A DNA stretch of 63,771 nt, counting the filler, from Candidatus Nanoarchaeia archaeon (GTDB lineage: Archaea; Nanobdellota; Nanobdellia; Woesearchaeales; DATDTY01), in the NCBI GenBank assembly GCA_035290625.1. It is 4 parts of 4 records of this genome, joined end to end, with 100 filler letters (N's around TTAATTAATTAA, not from the genome) between each part and the next. Parts side by side here need not be neighbours in the genome. Positions count along the whole stretch, not along the records: positions 42,704 to 63,771 come from DATDTY010000081.1; 3 more parts are not named here. One strand, written 5' to 3'. A model generated the notes under the pieces. That model did no database searches, was not told where the DNA came from, and was given only the letters and a program-made list of their open reading frames with translations. Each line of letters starts with the position of its first letter. Position 1 is the first letter of the stretch. Shown piece after piece: positions 57,823-63,771 of the stretch. A program made the position numbers and the translations under genes.

Positions 57823-58873
57823 TAATCTTATCCTGGATCTTAAAATCAGTATTCAGGAATTTCTTGACTGTTTCAATGTTACTGAGTGTATGGGGAGTTA
57901 TCTGGGAAACCCTGATTGATCCTCCAAAAATCCCAAGAAGCGGAATGAGGTTATCAGCAAGATGCGAATCAACTGGAGCTCCTGAGCTCATCTCCCTCAA
58001 GAGAGCCTTTGCAGCCTCTTCGCCAACTGCCTCAGCCTTTCTCCCCTTCTCTCCCAGGCAGTCTGCTCCCAGCCGGATGGGTCTTCCCAGCGAGGGGTCT
58101 TCAGGATTGGAAGAATACACTGCCCACAGCGTTATTCCGGAACCTGTCGACAGCGTGTCGCAGTATTCAGCAGCAATGGAAACAGGAAATCCACGCAGGG
58201 CATGCTTTGCTGCGGTAGCCTGCCTCTCAGCAACCTCAGCCTTTTCCAAATCCTTTGACGCGTGAGAAATTCCCTGGATTGCAAACAACTTTTGCTGTTC
58301 GGTGAGGAACAATCCTCGAGTAAATTGCTTCTGGTGAAATGAGCTAAAAGAGGGATGCTCATCCAGCCGAAAAAAAGGCTTAGTCCTCAGCTCAACCCAT
58401 CCCCCTCCCTTCGGCATATACCCCCTCCGTATTCCTGAAACACTGATATCGCCGTAGGTTCGCAGATGAGGCGCAAACACCTGATTAAAATAGTCCACAG
58501 GCATGCTGAACGGAACATCAGTTCCTCCTTGGATCCGAAACCGTGTTCTCTTTCCGAAGAGCGATGGAATCAGGACAGCCTGCAGCAGCAGTGTGATGCT
58601 TCCGGCAGTTCCGATATCAATTGAGATATTTCCTCCTCTCAGCTCCTTAGGGATAAAAGTGATTCCAAGAGATCCAGGGTTAGCTCCCTCAACCTGTGCA
58701 GAGCTCAGCTTCTGGCTAGCAGCTATGGCTGCCAGATGCTGCGGCTTGAGGCCAGGCTTAGGCCTGTTCTTCCTGATGTCCTCCATGTGAAACGCTGTTT
58801 TGGTGAGCACAGACAGGGCAAGGGAAGTTCTCAGTATCTGGCCCCCTCCTTCAGCTCCGTTGATAAGCAGCAT
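57788..58873 (-). CDS. rtcA: RNA 3'-terminal phosphate cyclase
   Basis: EGGGQILRT, RPKPGLKPQH, GTAGSITLLLQ, GGTDV, VDSHLADNL. Confidence 0.96.
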   Translation of the reverse strand: MLLINGAEGGGQILRTSLALSVLTKTAFHMEDIRKNRPKPGLKPQHLAAIAASQKLSSAQVEGANPGSLGITFIPKELRGGNISIDIGTAGSITLLLQAVLIPSLFGKRTRFRIQGGTDVPFSMPVDYFNQVFAPHLRTYGDISVSGIRRGYMPKGGGWVELRTKPFFRLDEHPSFSSFHQKQFTRGLFLTEQQKLFAIQGISHASKDLEKAEVAERQATAAKHALRGFPVSIAAEYCDTLSTGSGITLWAVYSSNPEDPSLGRPIRLGADCLGEKGRKAEAVGEEAAKALLREMSSGAPVDSHLADNLIPLLGIFGGSIRVSQITPHTLSNIETVKKFLNTDFKIQDKIITAASPASSQS

Positions 58874-58937
58874 CCGGAAAAGTGAGCCGAAGAGATATAA
58901 AAAGTTATGCCACAAAGCTGCTTGCAGGTAGAAATTC

Positions 58938-59143
58938 AGCTCCATCCAAAAACCTCCTTTCAGTCGGGCTGCCAATGAAAATACTCAGGTATTTTCAAGC
59001 GCTCCTTCGGAGCGCATCGGCTCGCCTGAGCTTTCCAAGGTGCAAAGCTGGCATCCCCGTAGGGACCCCCCCCTGTCAGCTGCTCAGGGATTTGCAAAGA
59101 GGCTCGCAAAAATGATGGCAGCCTTCATTTTTTGGATGGAGCT
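58938..59143 (-). repeat. Structured intergenic repeat, copy 16
   Basis: AGCTCCATCCAAAAA outer IR as in copy 3; GC-GA-GCCT/AGGC-GA-GC; GCTGACA/TGCCAGC. Confidence 0.9.
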
Positions 59144-59188
59144 CCGTAATTCGCAACGCTTTTAAATGCGGCATTCCATCCCTCTCCT

Positions 59189-60112
59189 ATGGATCGGGAA
59201 ACAAGGCAGCATGTCATCTATGGAAGCGTATTCGCCGTAAGCATAATCCTTATCGTCTCTTTTTTCACGATTCAGATCAATGGGCTCAGGACCCAGCTCA
59301 ATGAAGGGCTGTCAAGCCTTACAGCGAAGCTCGAGAGCTCTCTATCAAAAGAAGCCTCCTTGAGAGAGCAGTCCGACGCCAAAGCGGCCAAGGACATAGA
59401 GGATCTCTCCAAATCCCTTGCCCAGAAAGAGAGCCAGATCAGCACCTTGTCAGGCGACCTTTCTTCTCTCCGGATAGAGAGCCAGCAGCAGTTCACCTCC
59501 CTGGAGGAGAACATCAAGTCAGTCAAGATAGAGAACCAGGACTTTTCAGCAATCATCGATGATGTCGTGCAGGGAGTTGTCGGAATCCGCACAGACTCCA
59601 AGCAGGGCTCTGGCTTTATTGCGGACAGCGAGGGCTACATTATCACCAATTATCATGTGATTGAGGGAGCAAGGGCTGCTGCAGTGCTTACCCATGATGG
59701 GGAAAACCATAGGGTGCGGCTCGTTGATTTCAATCCGGATGCAGATATTGCTGTCCTGAAAATAGATGGCAGCTTTGCGTCTCTGGGCTTTACAGATTCC
59801 GACGAGGTTGAGATCGGCCAAAAGGTGATTGCAGTTGGCTCTCCAGGCGGCCTTGACTTTACAGTCACGCAAGGCATCATCAGCGCCAAGAGGCAGAATG
59901 ACGGAAACAGCTACATCCAGATTGATGTTCCGATAAATCCAGGAAACTCTGGCGGGGCTCTGGTCACCATCGAAGGCAAAGTGGCAGGTGTCAATTCCCT
60001 CAAGCTTGCAGGCTTTGAAGGCGTTGGCTTTGCCCTTGCCTCAAACCAGGTGCAGGAGATCATTGAGCCGATGATTGCTGCTGACAAGGCTCGGGTTGCG
60101 CAGTTACCCTAA
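59189..60112 (+). CDS. HtrA-like trypsin serine protease (TM plus coiled coil, no PDZ)
   Basis: GSGF, ITNYHV, DIAVLK, INPGNSGG. Confidence 0.92.
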   Translation: MDRETRQHVIYGSVFAVSIILIVSFFTIQINGLRTQLNEGLSSLTAKLESSLSKEASLREQSDAKAAKDIEDLSKSLAQKESQISTLSGDLSSLRIESQQQFTSLEENIKSVKIENQDFSAIIDDVVQGVVGIRTDSKQGSGFIADSEGYIITNYHVIEGARAAAVLTHDGENHRVRLVDFNPDADIAVLKIDGSFASLGFTDSDEVEIGQKVIAVGSPGGLDFTVTQGIISAKRQNDGNSYIQIDVPINPGNSGGALVTIEGKVAGVNSLKLAGFEGVGFALASNQVQEIIEPMIAADKARVAQLP

Positions 60113-60670
60113 CTTTCTTGCTCTATCTCCCATTCTCGCTCTTTCTGATACGTTATCCCATACCCTTAGCGCTGCATTTTCCAACAGCTTCCTGCTTCCA
60201 TTGTTCTGTATCAAAAAATCAAAGCTTGAGGGCTCTGCCTGGAATTTGCGTATCCTGTCCAGGCTGCTCTTCATCCGCTTTTCAACAATCTCTTTCTTTG
60301 CGGTCACAAGAATGACAAGGTCTGAAATTTTGGAAAGCCGAAGCTCCTTATAGAGGGCAGCATCAATAACTGCAATCTTCTTCCCTGCGCTTTGCCGCTC
60401 GATCTCCAGAATCATCTGAGGATGCACAAGGCTGTTCAGAAGCCTTAAGTTCTTAGGATTGGAAAAGACCAAGTCCCCAAGCACCTTCCTGTCAATCCTT
60501 CTGCCTTTAAGGATCCTTTTCCCGAACAATCGCAGAAGCTCCTCCCTCTTCTGCTCCAGTATTTGATGGCCTATCCTGTCAGCATCAATCACGACAGCGC
60601 CCAAGCTCCTGAAAAAAGCCGCAACTGTCGTCTTCCCAACTCCTATCTTTCCGGTGACGGTAATGATCAT
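60104..60670 (-). CDS. coaE: Dephospho-CoA kinase (bacterial type)
   Basis: TGKIGVGKTT, IDADRIGH, IDRKVLGDLVF, LNSLVHP, DAAL. Confidence 0.88.
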   Translation of the reverse strand: MIITVTGKIGVGKTTVAAFFRSLGAVVIDADRIGHQILEQKREELLRLFGKRILKGRRIDRKVLGDLVFSNPKNLRLLNSLVHPQMILEIERQSAGKKIAVIDAALYKELRLSKISDLVILVTAKKEIVEKRMKSSLDRIRKFQAEPSSFDFLIQNNGSRKLLENAALRVWDNVSERARMGDRARKLG

Positions 60671-60701
60671 AGTGTCTCCATACAATGCTCTGCCCCGATT
60701 G

Positions 60702-60823
60702 AAGGCTGCCGCCTCTTTCGCGAGGCTCAGCAACCAAATATCAGCACAAGCGGAGGGGGTTGCCCCCTACGGGGCGGTGCCGCTCTTTGCTGAAACCAGC
60801 AAGAGCCGAGCCGGCGGCAACCC
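60702..60823 (+). repeat. Structured intergenic repeat, copy 17
   Basis: GGCTGCCGCC/GGCGGCAACC; GC-GA-GGCT/AGCC-GA-GC; AGCGG/CCGCT. Confidence 0.9.
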
Positions 60824-60920
60824 GAACCAAGCAAGATTTTGGACAGAGCCTCTGGACAGAGCCTCTCCGCGAAGCAAATTTATAAACCTTTTTAAAGGAG
60901 CAAGTGATTCTGCTGCGTAT

Positions 60921-61031
60921 GCCAGCGTGACAGAATCCGGCCAATGTGCTCGCCTCGAAGCTTGCGTCCTGGACGCAGTGAAGACAGCGAGTGGGCTTCG
61001 GCCCTTCCAGGTTCAAATCCTGGCGCTGGCG
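60921..61031 (+). tRNA. tRNA-Ser(CGA) with a 26-nt intron at 37/38 (60960-60985)
   Basis: Acceptor GCCAGCG/CGCTGGC; anticodon stem CTCGC/GCGAG; long variable arm GGGC-TTCG-GCCC; T arm CCAGG-TTCAAAT-CCTGG; G73; no encoded CCA. Confidence 0.9.
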
Positions 61032-61146
61032 TAACGGAGTGGAGTCCAGTGCCATGACCAGGAAATCTCTGATTTCCGCTGCCTGACGCCCAAAGAAATG
61101 TGCTCAAAGAATCCAAATGCCTGTCAGTTTTATATCTCTGGTGTCT

Positions 61147-61485
61147 CTAACTGGCCGGATTCAAATACCTCTTCACAGCCCTCTCAAAAGCTTCTCCGGC
61201 TTTCTCTGCCTGCTTAGATGTGCTTTTTGGGCTATAAACAAGGTTATGATAAAATCGAACAACCAGATGTTCATCAGCATCTGTCTCAAGGTAGATTTTT
61301 GAGTTTCCGTCCCATCTTGATCCTACTCTGTACTCCGGTGGGCTGCGCCCTTCCTTAATCCGCCTCAAAATCTCCGAGGGCGGCATTCTCATAACATCAT
61401 CGAATGGTCTCCCCCTGCCGCACTTCTCTTCATACATCCTGATTATCTCCAGAAGATGCTCTTCCTTCAAATCATCGAGTTTCAT
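61147..61485 (-). CDS. Hypothetical protein
   Basis: 112-aa ORF after a CTTATAAG box. Confidence 0.65.
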   Translation of the reverse strand: MKLDDLKEEHLLEIIRMYEEKCGRGRPFDDVMRMPPSEILRRIKEGRSPPEYRVGSRWDGNSKIYLETDADEHLVVRFYHNLVYSPKSTSKQAEKAGEAFERAVKRYLNPAS

Positions 61486-61629
61486 TCGGGCTGGTAATGC
61501 AGATTTCCTTATAAGGGTATCGCCAGCATCGCAACATCGGCGTTATGCCCTCAGTCTGTAAACATGTGGTAAGCCTCGTTTTCACACTTCGACGGCAGGT
61601 TTTTAAAGGGATCGGCGCCCCCCTCCTTA

Positions 61630-62163
61630 ATGACAGAGCCGCAACCTCTATGGGACCAATACCTAATCACAGGAAGCCCTGCAGTGTTCGGGCAGCTCTA
61701 TACACTGACGTATCCAAATGTACGAAATTACATCAGGAGAAACGCATCTTCGCAGCATGTAGAAGACCTTGTGCAGGACGTTTTCTTTAAACTCCTCTCT
61801 CACTATGGCCCCGAAAAGCCCCACCCTGCCCCTTTTAAAGTCCTCCTTATGGCAGTGAGCAGGAATACCCTCATTGACCACCAGCGCAGCCAGGCTGTAC
61901 GAAACAAGTACAGGGGAAATGGGCAAGATCCGTATTCTCTGCCAGAGCAGCGCACAAATCTCGATCTGGAAAGGGCGCTTGGCCAAGCAGGATCTGTGAG
62001 GCTGAGCAGAGACCAGCAGCCTGCATTCAGCCTCTTGCTGAATGGGCACTCTAACGAAGAGATAGCAAATGCATTAGGCAAAAGCAGTCCTGATACAAAG
62101 CAAATGGTGTACAGGATCAGGGAAAAATTGAGATCCAAACTCGATTTTGATCAATTCCTTTGA
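61630..62163 (+). CDS. ECF-type sigma-70 factor homologue
   Basis: Region 2 FGQLY..VRNYI..VEDLVQDVFFKL..FKVLLMAVSRNTLIDHQR; region 4 LSRDQQPAFSL..GHSNEEIANALGKS..TKQMVYRIREKLR. Confidence 0.88.
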   Translation: MTEPQPLWDQYLITGSPAVFGQLYTLTYPNVRNYIRRNASSQHVEDLVQDVFFKLLSHYGPEKPHPAPFKVLLMAVSRNTLIDHQRSQAVRNKYRGNGQDPYSLPEQRTNLDLERALGQAGSVRLSRDQQPAFSLLLNGHSNEEIANALGKSSPDTKQMVYRIREKLRSKLDFDQFL

Positions 62164-62174
62164 GAACTGTAGCC

Positions 62175-62330
62175 CTATTCCTTCTGCTCAAACTCAAATC
62201 CGCAGCCCGGGCATTTGTATCTCGTCGGAGAAATGAGCTTCATACGCTTGTGGCAGGTATAGCAGTATAACGGGACATCTAGGTGGATCCCGACTTCATC
62301 CAGCTGTACATCGACGCCGTTATCCTCCAT
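62175..62330 (-). CDS. 51-aa zinc-ribbon protein (not in ORF track)
   Basis: MEDNGVDVQLDEVGIHLDVPLYCYTCHKRMKLISPTRYKCPGCGFEFEQKE; GGGTGG SD and TTTAAAAA box. Confidence 0.7.
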   Translation of the reverse strand: MEDNGVDVQLDEVGIHLDVPLYCYTCHKRMKLISPTRYKCPGCGFEFEQKE

Positions 62331-62407
62331 GATTCCACCCAAGAATTGACTACACCGCCAACTCAGCTGCAGAGGTTCCGTATCTTTTTAAATGTTATGC
62401 AAAACTG

Positions 62408-62603
62408 GGCTTCCCTGAAAATGTAGTTGCCGTCAATCTGCGAGGCTCTGAACTCAAATCAGTACCCCGACAAGGGGGTTGTCCCATACGGGGAATGTCT
62501 GTCATCCCTATCACTTTCGCAGCCGAGCCGACGTGCTCCGAAGGAGCGCCCGGAAATGTTTGGCATTTCCGATGGCAACCTTGAAAAGATTTTCACCGGA
62601 GCC
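62408..62603 (+). repeat. Structured intergenic repeat, copy 18
   Basis: GTTGCCGTC/GATGGCAAC; GC-GA-GGCT/AGCC-GA-GC; GACA/TGTC; GCTCC-GAA-GGAGC. Confidence 0.88.
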
Positions 62604-62652
62604 GTAGGTAACTGGCCCCTGCATTCGCTTCCTCCAAAAGCAAACAAAGACA

Positions 62653-63564
62653 TTACCGCGCAGTTATAGGCAGCTGCTGAGAGGAAAAGAAAACATTTCC
62701 GATGCCGGTTCCAACCCGCAGTGCTGCCTGGCTTCCGACCCTATTGAGAAGCTCAAAAAGTCCTTTCTTCGCTTCATACTCTACAAGGACAGGCTCAATC
62801 TTCTGTGTTTTGCGGATGTAGTCAAGCCCAGCTTGCCTGTCTCCCAATTCATCAACCAAGCCAAGTTCCTTAGCCTCAGAACCCAGATAGAATATTCCAG
62901 TTGCAAGCGTTTCAACAGAGTCTTTTGGAAGATTCCTGTTCTTCGCAACCTCATCCACAAAATAGCCATGGATCATATCAAGCTTTCTCTGCAGGAGACG
63001 GACCTCCTCAGGGCTCAGCTTTCTCAGCGGGCTTCCGATATCCTTATACGGTCCAGAAACAAGCCGCTGGTAGGTTACATTGTGCTCTGTCAAAAACCCG
63101 GAAAAGTCAAGATACGAAGAAATCACTCCGATAGAGCCTGTGATAGACATCGGATTGGCAATGATATAATCTGTTGCAGACGCGACCCAGTAGCCTCCTG
63201 AAGCCCCTACATCCCGAATGACTGCAACAGTAAGCTTCTTTGATTTCTTAATAGCATTCCCTATCTCCTGAGATGCAACTGCTGAACCGCCAGGAGAGTT
63301 AATCTCAAAAAGGATTGCACGGATTAAAGGATCCTTTTCCGCCTTGTCAATGAATTCAACTATGTCCTCAGATACCGTCACTTCGCTCGGAAAGATGTCA
63401 AAGGAGTCTTCAGTGACAATAGTTCCGCTGATTGTGATCAATGCAACATTCCCTCCTGCCAATGAGGAGCCGCCTGCAATCAAGGTGAGGATGCCAGCAG
63501 CCAAGAAAGCAAACACCAGCAGAGCTCCACCGGCAATCAGCGCAGCGACAAGCACCTTGTTCAT
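62653..63564 (-). CDS. sppA: Signal peptide peptidase SppA
   Basis: INSPGGSAVAS, ASGGYWVAS, TGSIGV, GPYKDIGS, GLVDELG. Confidence 0.95.
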   Translation of the reverse strand: MNKVLVAALIAGGALLVFAFLAAGILTLIAGGSSLAGGNVALITISGTIVTEDSFDIFPSEVTVSEDIVEFIDKAEKDPLIRAILFEINSPGGSAVASQEIGNAIKKSKKLTVAVIRDVGASGGYWVASATDYIIANPMSITGSIGVISSYLDFSGFLTEHNVTYQRLVSGPYKDIGSPLRKLSPEEVRLLQRKLDMIHGYFVDEVAKNRNLPKDSVETLATGIFYLGSEAKELGLVDELGDRQAGLDYIRKTQKIEPVLVEYEAKKGLFELLNRVGSQAALRVGTGIGNVFFSSQQLPITAR

Positions 63565-63667
63565 AGAAAAGTACGAGGATGGCTTGTTTAAAAAGCTTCT
63601 GGTTGACGGAAAAGTGAGAACGAAAAAACAAACGCTTAAATAACCAACCCCGATTAACAGAGGACAG

Positions 63668-63771
63668 ATGAGCAAAAAAAAGGAAGAGCAGGAGCGGCAG
63701 GAACAGATGCAGATGGAGATTTCTCGCATCCGGCTTCCAAGGGGCAGGGAGACGTTTGGAGTTCTGGAGCA
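63668..63771 (+). CDS. eif1a: Translation initiation factor aIF-1A (5' part, runs off the window)
   Basis: MSKKKEEQ...RIRLPRGRETFGVLE. Confidence 0.8.
   Translation, partial: MSKKKEEQERQEQMQMEISRIRLPRGRETFGVLE

Noticed and set aside
4..62603. Structured repeats as a CRISPR array, tRNA, SRP RNA, RNase P RNA or riboswitch
   Set aside because: They are dispersed rather than arrayed, have no repeat-spacer period or cloverleaf, are multi-copy, and their orientation is unrelated to downstream genes.

Overview
Fragment of a DPANN-type archaeal genome, most consistent with Woesearchaeales/Nanoarchaeota. Evidence: thermosome, S19e/L39e/L31e, aEF-1beta, aIF-1A, TFS, Trm1, Bud32, a histone-fold protein, FtsZ, an intron-containing tRNA-Ser and TATA-like boxes about 25-30 nt before many ATGs. 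The window is four contigs joined by artificial N-TTAATTAATTAA-N linkers (31863-31961, 36259-36358, 42604-42703), so adjacency across these is not real. The most striking feature is about 18 dispersed intergenic copies (roughly one per 3.5 kb) of a 120-260 bp structured element. The copies differ strongly in sequence but keep one fold through compensatory changes: a closing stem, a tandem G-A helix and a CGACA/TGTCG stem around a GGGG..CC..GG core. They also carry optional GNA-triloop hairpin modules, which suggests a single-stranded-DNA, REP/MITE-like element family. The archaeal contigs also encode bacterial-type proteins unexpected in archaea: an ECF sigma factor, an intact GGDEF diguanylate cyclase, Lgt with a lipobox candidate substrate, CoaE and a dockerin-CotH kinase-like protein. 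Also present: a low-GC type II restriction-modification island whose two genes share an upstream leader, a degenerate LAGLIDADG protein, two nonsense-interrupted genes and a 2322-aa surface protein. All family calls are from motif recognition by eye, not from database searches.
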